DNA from: Octopus bimaculoides
Lineage: Eukaryota
Assembly: GCF_001194135.2 (NCBI RefSeq)
Contig: NC_068981.1
Location: 189,833,806 to 189,897,805 of the forward strand
Reading direction: 5' to 3'
Length of the DNA: 64,000 nt
Positions 37,683 through 49,788 of this stretch are shown in pieces. Positions within the stretch are counted from its first letter, which is position 1, and each line of letters starts with the position of its first letter. The notes under the pieces are model-generated. The model worked only from the letters and a program-made list of their open reading frames with translations. It ran no database searches and had not been told where the DNA came from. Position numbers and translations under genes: made by a program.

Positions 37683-37870
37683 ATATATATATATATATGT
37701 GTGTGTGTATATATATATACAGACAGACAAATAGATAGATAGACAGACAGATAAACAGATAGGTAGATAGATAAATAGATAGATAGAAAGATGGATTGAT
37801 AGATAGATAATATAATATGATGTAATATAATATAATATAGCATAATATAATGTAATATACTATAATATAT
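37610..37870. repeat. Compound microsatellite (TA)/(TG)/(GATA)/(TATAA)
   Basis: Direct inspection. Confidence 0.95.
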
Positions 37871-38414
37871 TGCAATGTATTTTTAAATTGCAGATCTGCT
37901 CTGATAGCCTTGCAGTTAGTTTCAACTCTGACAGATAGAAAAGTTGATTGAATCAAAGACTTTACCATAAATATTTCTCTTGTTTTATTAGACTCGTTAA
38001 GAGGTTGTAGTTTTGTTATGTTGAATAAGTTGAATAATTAATAAGAGAAAGAATTATCTTCAACAATGTTTATTAATAATACAAGACATCTTTAATATAC
38101 ATAATGCGCAATTTGTTATATATATATATGTTGTGTGCAGGAATCAAGAAATAATAAAAATGTCAATGAAAGGTAGAATACCTCACAAATGAGAAATAAT
38201 GTTGCAGTCACAAGAGGAATAATATTTTGGAGAGAAAAATGGAAGAGGAAAATTATCTTAATTAAATGTAGGTCTAAAGATACATGGCCTCTAACTTAAA
38301 TAGCATTAGTTCTCCCCAGAGATATGAACTCCATGGTTTATATAAGCCAGTTAATGCTTTCTAGAATGTTCCATGAGGCTTTTAGGTTGAAATGTTAAAC
38401 TGTTATTTTTACCA

Positions 38415-38745
38415 TTCATATTTGGTGATCTAGTTCTTGTAGTTGAATCTACAGGGGAATTAGGGAAGAAATTCCAGGCAGGGAAGCTAAATCTTGAATC
38501 GAGGAGGTTTGAGGTCAACTTTGCAAAGACTAAGTCCTTAGTAAGGAGAAAAGAAGTCAGGACTCTGATATCTTCAGAGAAATGGCCTTGCAGGACATGT
38601 AGAAAAGGAGTTGGTATAAACTGCACCTGCTGGACTCAATTTAAGCTTTGGACGCACAAGATGTGTGTCCATAGCTTGTGGAATCACAGGTTGGTTATCA
38701 AAGAATGTAAGCTTCATCTGTGACAAATGTACTGGAACAGAATGT
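38415..38745 (+). mobile_element. Decayed RTE RT fragment with PHD-like insert
   Basis: FGDLVLVVESTGELGKKFQAGKLNLESRRFEVNFAKTKSLVRRK..EKWPCRTCRKGVG..KLWTHKMC..FICDKC. Confidence 0.8.
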
Positions 38746-38839
38746 ACTACGAGCTATGAGCATGTGTCTTCAACTATAGACCTGGGTTAACAGGAGTTCA
38801 GTGACGGGATTTGACTAACGGAAACTGAAAGAAGCACAT

Positions 38840-38995
<156 letters not shown>

Positions 38996-39103
38996 TGTTT
39001 CAGTCTTATTGTAGCTGTAAAACTTCACAAGCTCTTACTCACAGTTATGCATAAATGTTCATTCTCCTGATAATGGTTTACATGAAAATCTGAGTAACAG
39101 TTT

Positions 39104-40357
39104 GTGTCCTTTTCATTTTCAAATGCTCCTTTTGTCCAGGCAAAGAACAAACCATTGTATTTGGTGTTTGTTGACTTAGAAAAAGCTTTTGAAGGAGTAT
39201 CCTGCTCTGTGATATGCTGGGTTCTGAAGAAATTAGGAGAAGATGATTGGCTTGTGAAAGCCTTACACACCATGTACAGAGGTTTGGTCAGTAAGGTGAG
39301 AGTCAACCATGAATCTAATGATGAATTTAGCGAACACATAAGCATTCATCAGGGTTCAGTTCTCAGTCCCCACCTATTCATTATCATCCTCCAGGCCATT
39401 ATAGGAGAATTCAAGACTAGCTGCCCCTGGGAACTGTTATATGATGATGATGATGCTCTTATTGGAGATTCTGTAACAGAACTAGAAAAGAAATTCCAGG
39501 TGTGGAAGCAAAACCTAAAATCAAAGGGCCTTAAAATTAACTTAGTAAAGACTAAGGTCCTAGTTTGAAAGAAAACAAACAGGACTCTTCCTCCATCAAG
39601 TAAACGGTCCTACTCAATACATAGACAAGGTGTAAGTAGTAATTCCATACATTGTACCTAATATATTATTTATATTGTTTACCTTTGACGGATAAATAAT
39701 GTACATAATTCCTCATCTCTTAACTATAGAACTGTACTATACTCAGTGTGAGTTATGGACACACAAAGTGCAGTGGAATAATAGGAAGGTCATCAGAGAC
39801 GGTAGTGTTCTTATGTGGAGGATGCACAGGAGCCATAAAAACTACAGGTAGTCAGGAAATCGATTTTCTCAAATGCCTTGAAGGCTCTTTAGAGGTTGCT
39901 GATTAGCTGTGAGGGAGGATACACAGAAAGTATAATCACAAGAATAAAAAGAGGATGGGAAAAATTCAGAGAGCTTTTACCTCTGTTGGCAACCACAGGC
40001 TTCTCTCTTCAAATGAAAGGAAGATTGTATGGTGCATGTATGTGAACAGTAATACTACATGGCAGTGAGATGTGGGCCCTGAATGCAGAAGATATGCAAT
40101 GGCTAAAGAGAAATGAAGCTAGTATGCTCTGCTGAATGTGCAATGCCAGTGTACATGTGTAACGGTGCTAGTATATTCTGGGAGAAACTAGGCAGATGAG
40201 GAATTTGATGCTGTGTGCTACAGATGAGACTGTGCTGGTTTGGTCATGTGATGTGTATGAATGTAGAGTGTTGCATGTAGAAGTTCTGATCCCTTTAAAG
40301 TAGATGGAGCTTGTGGAAGAGGGAGACCCAGAAAGACATGGGATGAAGAAGTAAGGT
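39104..40357 (+). mobile_element. RTE LINE RT domain and post-RT region (decayed, interrupted)
   Basis: ORF 39104-39568: PLYLVFVDLEKAFEGV (motif 3), HQGSVLSPHLF (motif 4), ELLYDDDD (motif 5), GLKINLVKTKV (motif 6); later WEKFRELLPLL, LHGSEMW, RLCWFGHV, GRGRPRKTWDE. Confidence 0.9.
39662..39736. mobile_element. Minimal family D insertion (inverted 3' piece + direct 3' terminus) nested in the RTE copy
   Basis: attatttatattgtttacctttgacggata (reverse of the D 3' region) joined to aataatgtacataattcctcatctcttaactatagaactgta. Confidence 0.75.
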
Positions 40358-40625
40358 TCTCACACCGACTCACCTGCTTTTGGGCGTCTCCCCCAATCTT
40401 TTCCTCCACATGTCCCCTCCACATTTCTCTCAGTCTACCTCGTTTTCGCTGTCCATTTACCCCAAACTCTAGCACCCTCTTCAGAACAAGCTCCTCATCC
40501 CTCCTCAACACATACCCAAACCACCTCACTCCATTCTCCCTTGCCAGCCATTCCACTGCAGAAAACGATCGATTCAACCTCTTTTTGAAAAGAATGTTTC
40601 TCATGCACAGAAGCCATAGATTCCA
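40358..40625 (-). mobile_element. Second RTE-type 3' coding fragment, opposite strand
   Basis: ENGVRWFGYVLRRDEELVLKRVLEFGVNGQRKRGRLREMWRGHVEE (within ORF 40218-40664) is the classic RTE RWFGHV..G.R.RGRP..W motif. Confidence 0.8.
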
Positions 40626-41169
40626 TTTTCTGCTTCCAATAAAACAAAACCCATGACTTGGCAATTGCTAGCAACCATTTTATTTTACTTTATATCATAA
40701 AAGTATTTTAGACAAACCACTCAAACACTTAAATTCTGTCTTGTACTACTGCATTGGAAGTGGTCCCCAACTAAAATGGGACGTGTGTTATAACTCTGAA
40801 AGGGTGGCAAAGAAAAAAAATGTTTCAGTTTTGAAATATTTGATAAAACGTTGATGAATATATTATATTAATAAGACATTGGGATACCGTTTACATCATG
40901 GCATTTACATAAATATATCATACAATAAACCACAAGCAGCAGCAGCATTGTATCATGCCTTTTACATACAATACACAACAGGCAAGCCATCAATAAACAT
41001 TACACGTAAGGGCTACAGCACAATATATTCAAAAACGTGTTACATAATAAACTCTATTTACATAAATATGTTACAGTAAGCTAGGAGGCATGAGGGCCAT
41101 CATATATCATGCGTCAATATATTGCATAACAACAAGAGAAACGAGGACGACAATACATTTACATAAATC

Positions 41170-41587
41170 TTTTGTCTTTTATATATTGCTTGTATCAGTC
41201 ATTAGTCTGTGGCCATGCTAGAGCGCCGTCTTCAAGTATTTCTACTTGAATCAATCAACCAGGTACTTTTTGCTTTTATTCTTATCTTTTTTTTTAAAGA
41301 CCTGTACTTATTCTATCAGTCTCTTTTGCTAAACTGCTAATGTTACGGGGACATAAACACACCCACACCAGTTGTCAAATGGGGCGGGGGACAAACACTG
41401 AAACAAACACATACACACACACATATGATGGCTTCTTTCAGTTTCCATCTACCAAAATCCACTCATAAGGCTTTGGTTGTCCCAAGGCTACAGTTGAGAA
41501 CACTTGCTCAATATGCCATGCAGTGGGGATGAACCTGGAACCATGTGGTTGGGAAGCAAGCTTCTTACCACATAGCCATGCTTGTGC
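41170..41587 (-). mobile_element. Family A SINE, full length
   Basis: Reverse of the head, core and 3' end. Confidence 0.8.
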
Positions 41588-41677
41588 TTAATTCTATACA
41601 ATAACTTATAGACATAGGAGCTATAGTATATTTAAATAGTTGCTACACAACAAATTCTAAACACAAAGACAACATTA

Positions 41678-41852
41678 TACTCTTTTACTCTTTTACTTGT
41701 TTCAGTCATTTGACTGCGGCCATGCTGGAGCACCGCCTTTAGTCGAGCAAATCGACCCCAGGACTTATTCTCTGTAAGCCAAGTACTTCTTCTATCGGAT
41801 CTCTTTTGCCGAACCGCTAAGTTACGGGGATGCAAACACACCAGCATTGGTG
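41678..41852 (-). mobile_element. Family A SINE 3' half running into a (GGT)/(GAT) array at 41850-41975
   Basis: cttttacttgtttcagtcatttgactgcggccatgctggagcaccgcctttagtcgagcaaatcgaccccagg. Confidence 0.85.
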
Positions 41853-41894
41853 GTGGTGGTGGTGGTTATGATGATGATGGTGATGGTGATGATG

Positions 41895-41944
<50 letters not shown>

Positions 41945-42067
41945 TGTGGTGGTGGTGGCGGTGGTGGTGATGATAAAAAATACCAGTCCAAAGCAGTGGT
42001 GTAGGAAAACTGCCTCACACACACACACACACACACGCTCATACATACACATTCACACACACGTAGA

Positions 42068-42101
<34 letters not shown>

Positions 42102-42915
42102 CCACCGTGATCATCATATAATGCCCATGTTCCAAGCTGGTATATTACCTTGCCTGGAAGCAGGCAAAGGGCATCTGGCCATAGAAAATCTGCCTCAACA
42201 AATACCACCCAACCCCTGCTGGCCTGCAAAAAGCAGACGTTAAACAGTTATGATGATGAATGATATCACTGAGGCCCCCTCTTTTACTTGTTTGCCATTC
42301 TCATGACTTGGAACACCCAGATGTCAAGCGTTTAAAGTGCTGCCCATAACATAGCTTTCATTTGATGTTATAAACAACATACTGTAGTTTAAAAGGAATG
42401 GTCTCTAACATTGATTATTCATTACATAAGATGCTGACAATGAAAGGATAGATTCTAATCTAATTGAAGAACTTTAAACATCTTCAAATGTTTTTCCAGA
42501 CTAAATTCTATAAATAACTAGACTGATGTTAAGTACGTTGCCAGTAATTTCAAATGAACTTTATGAAACTTTAATAAGTTATAGTTCATAATTTTTTTAA
42601 ATGAAAAACTACGTTGGAACTGTGAGATATCAGAGAAAGATTGGTGAAGGAATACATTAGTCAGGTTTCGGATGTTATGAAATAGGAGAACATAATGGTT
42701 GTTATGACAATCAGTGAAAACCAAAATAAATTTTGAGAAATTGAAGAAGTAACCAGGAAAAATAATTGTCAGAGGAGGAGAAGAAATGGAGTTAGAAAAG
42801 TTTCAAAATGGAGGTCTTCATTTTGATGCATTTTTCCTGCAATGTACTTCATATGAAAAACTCATGAGATAATTTGTAAACAAATTATGTATGTATATAT
42901 GAATGTATATACAAT

Positions 42916-43814
42916 GATTTAAAACTTTTGCCACAGAGGCAACTTGAGAGAGGGAGATAAGTCAATTACATCGACCCCAGGGCATAGCTGGTATTTATGT
43001 AACTGACCCTGGAAGGATGAAAGGCAAAATCGGCATAGGCAGAATTTGAACTCAGGATGTAGTGGAAGACAATATACTGCTAAGCATTTCGCCAGGTGTG
43101 CTAACAACTCTACCAACATGCCACCTTAATATATATATGTATAATGATAACTCTTCCTAATTGTAGCGCTAGGCTACCACTTTTAAGGGAGAGGCAAAGC
43201 AATTACATTGACCTCAGTACTCAAATAGTACCTATTTCATAACCTGAGCAGAAGATGAAAGGTAAAGTTGACTTCCGTAAGATTTGATCTCAAGATGTAG
43301 AGTGCCGGATGAAATTCCACTTAATATTTTGTCTAATGTGCTGACAACTCTGCCAGCTCACCATTCTTATTTCTTTATTGCCCACAAGGGGCTAAGCGTA
43401 GAGGGGACAAACAAGAACAGACAAAGGGATTAAGTCGATTACATCGACCCCAGTGCATAACTGGTACTTAATCTACTGACTCTGAAAGGATGAAAGGCAA
43501 AGTCGACCTCAGCGGAATTTGAACTCAAAACGTAAAGACAGACGAAATACCGCTAAGCATTTCACCTGGTGTGCTAATGATTATATATTTCTTTATTGCC
43601 CACAAGGGGCTAAGCATAGAGGGGACAAACAAGGACAGACAAAGGGATTAAGTCGATTACATCGATCCCCAGTGCGTAACTGGTACTTAATTTATCGACC
43701 CCGAAAGGATGAAAGGCAAAGTCGACCTCGGCCGAATTTGAACTCAGAACGTAACAGCAGACGAAATACTACTAAGCATTTTGCCCAGCGTGCTAACGTG
43801 TCTGCCAGCTCACC
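42916..43814 (-). mobile_element. Four tandem family B SINEs (about 42916-43127, 43146-43364, 43366-43580, 43588-43814); the last two carry a different 3' end
   Basis: Repeated reverse B cores; copies 3 and 4 end in ttaatccctttgtctg..cttgtttgtcccctct..gcttagccccttgtgggcaataaagaaat and retain CpGs. Confidence 0.9.
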
Positions 43815-44139
43815 ATTCTGATGATAATAATCATGGTGATGATGATGCTGCCGCTGCTGATGATGATGATGATGATGACGCCGCCACCGACGATGAGGAT
43901 GATGACGACAACAAAAAGTATATGCTGTTATAATAAGTAATTTAACTTTATTCAGAGATTATATTTATTAATTGAATAAATTCAAAGAAATTCTTTTCAT
44001 CTTGTGCAGCTTTTAAAGAGGAAGGGTTCTTGTGAGAGATTGGCAGATAAGTTTCCACTTAAAACTAAAAGATCACCAAAAGATAATCATGTTTTGATTT
44101 AATAGTTCCATCCAAAGAATAGAATGATTTATTTTGGTC

Positions 44140-44627
44140 TGGACCATGCAAAAAGCACCCAGTCCACTCTGTAAAGTGGTTGGCGCTGTAGGAAGGGCAT
44201 CCAGCAGTAAAAATCATGCCATAGGAGATGATGGAGATTGGTGCAGACTGCTGGCTTGCCAACTCCTGTCAAACGATCCAGAAAATGCCAATGTGGAAGA
44301 TGGACATTAAATGATGATGATGACGACGATGACGATGACGATGATGATGACAATGATGACGATGGTGATGATGATGACGATGAGGATAATGATGATGACT
44401 ATGATGATGATGACTATGATGATGATGATAATGATGATAACTATGGTGATGATGGAGATGATGACTATGATAATGACAACAATGACGACGATGATGACGA
44501 TGATTATGATGATGATGACAATGACAACAACGACGATGATGATGACGTTGACGACAATGACAACGACGATAATGATGATGATGATGAAGATGATGACAAT
44601 GACGATAGGATGACGACAATGATGATA

Positions 44628-44660
<33 letters not shown>

Positions 44661-44772
44661 TCTATAATGATGATGACGATGATGATGATGACGATGACGA
44701 TGGCGACGACGATGGTGATGACGATGACGACGACGGTAATGATGACGATGACAATAACGATGATGATGATGA
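44140..44772 (+). repeat. Family C tail (44140-44310) followed by about 460 bp of (GAT/GAC)n
   Basis: gcacccagtccactctgtaaagtggttggcgctgtaggaagggcatcc..gatggacattaaa then gatgatgac...; source of the poly-D/H/M pseudo-ORFs. Confidence 0.9.
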
Positions 44773-45269
44773 AAAAATATAGGGGGTGATATCAACTGCG
44801 TGGTCAACATCTTCTTTTATCCTAGATGGACATTGACCGACTGCTTTATTCTGTTTAGCATTTGAACGACAGAAAGGGCAGAGTTCTACATTAAACGTTT
44901 TGCAGTATTTAGTTATTTTCCTTCATGTTTAGAGCCAAAATCCCACAAAGACTCAAATCTGCCATTCTTTTCTCTAACGCATCAGTTTAAAGAATGGCTG
45001 TTGCTTCTAAAAACTCTATTCTAACATAAAAATCTTTAAGTTTCCAGTAACATTGAATATCTGAGACACATCAATAAATATCCTCACCCTCCGACTCAGA
45101 CTTTGTCTTTTTTAAAATCTTTTACTATGATTTATTTGGAAAATATCGAGCAGTCACACTTTCAGTAAGTTTCCAATGTGTTTTTATCGATATCGGTTCT
45201 GTAAAAGTTACGAATAAAGTGACAGAGAGAACAGTTAATAAGTTTTGGAAAACAAATGAAGTTGCTAAT

Positions 45270-45288
45270 ATACATACATACGCATATG

Positions 45289-45329
<41 letters not shown>

Positions 45330-45331
45330 AC

Positions 45332-45373
<42 letters not shown>

Positions 45374-45694
45374 TTATGCATGTATATATATGCATATATA
45401 TATATACATGTATATATAAATACACTGACACACATTATATATATCGATATATATACACACGCATCATCATCATCATCATCATCGTTTAACGTCCGCTTTC
45501 CATGCTGGCATGGGTTGGACGGTTTGACTGAGGACTGGCAAACCAGGAGGCTGCACCAGGCTCCAATCTGATTTGACCGAGTTTCTATAGCTGGATGCCC
45601 TTCATATATATACATATATATACATACACTCACTCACATTATATACATATATATATACACATATATATATATACACACATATATATATATACAC

Positions 45695-45755
<61 letters not shown>

Positions 45756-45930
45756 CACACACACATATATACATATAAATTTTGAATGAGTGTAGTTGCA
45801 AATATATCAAATGTTTGCATGTATGTGCATGTCTGTATGCATGTGCGTATGTATGTATGTATGTATGTATGTATGTATGCATGTGTGTATATATGTGTGT
45901 ATGCATGGGTGTATGTGTGTATGCATGTGT
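45270..45930. repeat. (CA)/(TA)/(TATG) microsatellite complex with an embedded minus-strand family C tail at about 45462-45604
   Basis: Direct inspection; catcatcatcgtttaacgtccgctttccatgctggcatggg. Confidence 0.9.
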
Positions 45931-46489
45931 GTAGGCATGCCCTGAAACAAGTTACAAATGCATTTCCAAGATGAGGGCAAGTGAAACAACGAGTGTTAAT
46001 CAAATTGTGAATTAGAGGAGGAAAGTGAATAATTAGTCTGGAGAAATGTTCGTTAAAAGCCACCGGTGGAAGAGTGAATTTACGTATAACGTGATGACCA
46101 AAGTAAGTGTTTTGCATTTGTTATCTGTTAACATGAGAATTATCTTGAATAAGTGCTTATTGAATAAATACAAAGACAACGGAGAAAGATAGCAAGAAGC
46201 AGATGTATAAGTGTAAAGATAAAATGAAGATTCTTTATACGAAACTATTGAAAGACAAAATAGAAAAGAAACTCCACCAAACAACGAATTATGTAAAAAG
46301 AATTTGTAAAGAAATATCGTCTGATAAACATTATAATACGTATGCATTTATTAGAGATAAGTGTAGACAGTCAGATGAGAGCTAATTTATATATTCTTTA
46401 TCACAAAATATTGATTATATTGTAATAAATTTTCTTATATGCTACGTAAAATAGTAAGATTGTTTTTAAAAAGTTTTTCTACAATTCTA

Positions 46490-46625
46490 TATAGGCACAG
46501 ATGTGGTTGTGTGGTAAGAAGTTTGCTTCCCAGCTACATGGTTACTGGTTCAGTTCCACTGCATGGCAACGTGGGGAAGTATCTTTTACTGTAGTCACAG
46601 GCCAACTAAACACTTGTGAGTGGAT
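46490..46625 (+). mobile_element. Family A SINE, 5' part
   Basis: gatgtggttgtgtggtaagaagtttgcttcccagctacatgg..ggttcagttccactg..ttgtgagtggattt. Confidence 0.75.
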
Positions 46626-46627
46626 TT

Positions 46628-47020
46628 ATCATCATTATCTTTTAATGTTTGTTTTCCATGCTGGTATTGGTTGGATGGTTTGACTGAGGTCTGGAGAGCC
46701 AGAGGCTGGAGCAGGCTCCAATCGGATTTGGCAATGTTTCTACAGTTGGATGTCCTTCATAACACCAACCACTCTGAGAGTGTAGTGGGTGCTTTTTATG
46801 TGCCACCGGCACAGGTGCCAGTCTGGCATCGATCATGTTTGGATAGTGCTTTTTACTTGCCACCGGTACAGAAGCCGGTCAATGGGTACTGGCATCAGCC
46901 CGGTTTGGATGGTGCCTTTTACATGCCATCGGCACAGGAGCCTGTCAGGGCTTACTGGCATCAATCAAACTGTCCAACCCATGCCAGCATGGAAAGTGGA
47001 CATTAAACAATGATGATGAT
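46628..47020 (-). mobile_element. Family C tail (minus, 46628-46957) abutting a short plus-strand family C terminus (about 46955-47020)
   Basis: Both ends terminate in (gat)n/(cat)n tails pointing outward. Confidence 0.75.
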
Positions 47021-47426
47021 GGTGGGAATTATTATTCTTACTCACAAAAGCAACGAAAATTTTGGAAGAAAAAGTACATATCGTGACTCACACACTCAAT
47101 ACCTCGCAGATTTTTCTGGATATTATATGTAAATTTATATCGCAGACTCCTCAGAATATTCGTGTTTCTGCAGCGGATAGGTATTTATATCTTTTTAGAT
47201 TTTTAATTATTTCTGTGAGAGGTTTTGAAACATAACACCTGCAATAGTCGAGCGATTACCATATTATATAATAAATGAGTGGAAATCAAACTGGTGAGTG
47301 TGTTAGATAATAAGGCATTAAGACAATATGACTCTCGCCAGACACAACAAAATTTGCTTCAACACATGAATTCACACAAAGAATCTTGCCAAATAGATTC
47401 AAAAATGAAGTAGTCTTAAAATGATC

Positions 47427-47569
47427 TACATTATTTACATTTGACGGATATTTGTCCCCATCTTGTTTGTTGTTGTTATCACTACGCCATATGCCCACGG
47501 GTATACATCATAGTGGTTAAGAGCGCAGGCTACTAACCCCAAGATTCTGAGTTCTATTCCAGACAGTGA

Positions 47570-47628
<59 letters not shown>

Positions 47629-47796
47629 TTATCAGAAAAATACCTTAGGAATGAGAACCCAGGTTCGAAATTTCCCCATGATACCTGATGAAAGCTGGAG
47701 AGTACATCAGCCGAAACAAGATGAGGATGAATATCCGTCAAATGTAAATAATATAAATAATGTACATAATTCCTCATCTCTTAAATATAGAACTGT
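47427..47796 (+). mobile_element. Family D element, most complete copy
   Basis: Inverted 3' piece 47427-47478; head cccacgggtatacatcatagtggttaagagcgcaggctactaaccccaagattctgagttctattccagacagtgacctg; (AAT)n 47574-47630; body with CTGATGA at 47685-47691 and GAAAC at 47713-47717; terminus tatagaactgt. Confidence 0.85.
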
Positions 47797-47826
47797 CTTA
47801 CTATTTGCTTAATAATATAAATGTTT

Positions 47827-48028
47827 AAGGCTGTGAGTTGGCAGATGAGGTGAAATACTTTGCAGCATTACATTCATCTTAATGATTTGAGTTCGAATTC
47901 TGCTGAGGTCGACTTTGCCTTTCATCCTTTCAAGGTTGATAAATAAGTACCAGTTGAGCACTGGGGTCGATATAATCAATTTAGCCACTCCCCTGAAATT
48001 GCTGGCCTTGTGCCAACATTTTAATCCA
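47827..48028 (+). mobile_element. tRNA-derived SINE, family B
   Basis: gagttcgaattctgctgaggtcgactttgcctttcatcctttcaaggttgataaataagtaccag. Confidence 0.85.
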
Positions 48029-48109
48029 GTAATATATGTGTGTGTGTATGTCTGTTTACGTTAGTGCTCAACAAAATTTGCAAGCTATGAGTGGCGTTGT
48101 CACTTTTGT

Positions 48110-48268
48110 CAGGTGCAGGAGTGGTTGTGTGGTAAGAAGATTGCTTGGCAACCACATGATTCTGGGTTCAGTCCCACTGTGCGGCACATTGAGCAAGTGT
48201 CTTCTATAGCATTGGGTTGACCAAAGCCTTGTGAGTGGATTTGGTAGACAGAAACTGAAAGAAGCCTG

Positions 48269-48312
<44 letters not shown>

Positions 48313-48505
48313 TTGTGTGTCTGTATTGGTTTCTCCACCATCACTTGATAACCAATGTTGGTGTGTTTATGTCCTCATAACTTAGCAGTTCGCCATAAAT
48401 ACTAGGCTTACAAAGAATGTGTCCAGGTGGCGATTTGTTTGAGTAAAGGCAGTGCTCCGGCATGGCAACAGTCAAATGACTGAAACAATTAAGGGAATAA
48501 AAGAG
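48110..48505 (+). mobile_element. Family A SINE, full length with internal (TA)n
   Basis: Head, core and 3' end present. Confidence 0.9.
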
Positions 48506-48857
48506 AATCCTTCACCTGATTCACACTTGCAAAGACATGTGAAATAAGAGACTCCTCCCTTGAAAAATAGGTAAGGGTTGTGACAGAAAGAGCATCCAGC
48601 TGTACAGTAATGCCTTTGTAATATAGTCATTGATTTATCTAACCTACACTAGTAGAGAAAAACAATGTAAAATGAACACACACACACACATGCACACACA
48701 TACATGCACACACATACATGCACACTTACATACGAATTTACATACGAATACATACATACACACACTCGTATATAAATGGCCATATCTATACATATACATA
48801 TGTATACATATGTATGCATGCAAATATATAAATAAATATGTATATATATATATAAAG

Positions 48858-48910
<53 letters not shown>

Positions 48911-49153
48911 NNNNNNNNNNNNNNNNNNNNNNNNNNNNNNNNNNNNNNNNNNNNNNNNNNNNNNNNNNNNNNNNNNNNNNNNNNNNNNNNNNNNNNNNNN
49001 NNNNNNNNNNNNNNNNNNNNNNNNNNNNNNNNNNNNNNNNNNNNNNNNNNNNNNNNNNNNNNNNNNNNNNNNNNNNNNNNNNNNNNNNNNNNNNNNNNNN
49101 NNNNNNNNNNNNNNNNNNNNNNNNNNNNNNNNNNNNNNNNNNNNNNNNNNNNN
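48911..49153. other. Assembly gap inside a (TA)n array
   Basis: Run of n. Confidence 1.
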
Positions 49154-49621
49154 ATATATATATATATATATATATATATAATACATGTATATGTATATAT
49201 ATATATATATATGCATGCATATATGTATGTATATTATGTGTATGTATGTTTAATTGTTTGCATCAGTAGTTGAAAGTAAAAGAAACATCAGTACATTGTT
49301 GTTTCCTTTGCATAGACATTTCTAAAACTTACCTTGCCATATTGTAGCAACTTAGTAATATTTCTGTTGTAGAGTGATTTATATGTGTTATCAAAGTTCA
49401 TCTTGCACAATAATGCTTTAACAGTTTTCGCTACACTAATTGACATTCCTAGCATAATGCCACTGTTGTAGAGAAAGACGTTTTTAACAAAACTTATATC
49501 TATAGTTTCCTTGGCAAAAGTTCAAACTAACATATTTTCTCACATCAGACACAGACAACAGACAGTTTTTAACTTTCACCTCTTCAAATATTGATTTTGT
49601 ATGCCTATGAACCAGGTCCAA

Positions 49622-49785
49622 TATATTGGGCTGTCAGATAAATCCATTCATTTCTTTCCAATGTTATTTGAATTAACACAAAAAAAGTATTTTTATTGTG
49701 GTGCTTCATGGCATTTTGTTTTTTGTAGCGTTATTCTTATTCTACAACTTTCATTTATCATTTTTGAAATTTCAATATGCATCTC
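49622..49785 (+). mobile_element. Possible mariner-like terminal fragment
   Basis: tattgggctgtcagataaatcc resembles mariner terminal repeats starting at TA; no partner repeat found. Confidence 0.3.
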
Positions 49786-49788
49786 TTC

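Noticed and set aside
44238-44810. Poly-Asp, poly-His and poly-Met ORFs (also 41822-42135, 51484-51999, 52304-52728)
   Set aside because: Translations of (GAT)n/(CAT)n microsatellites, open in several frames on both strands.
47490-47573. tRNA-like sequence with an ACT anticodon-like loop
   Set aside because: No acceptor stem or complete cloverleaf; it is the head of repeat family D, not a tRNA gene.
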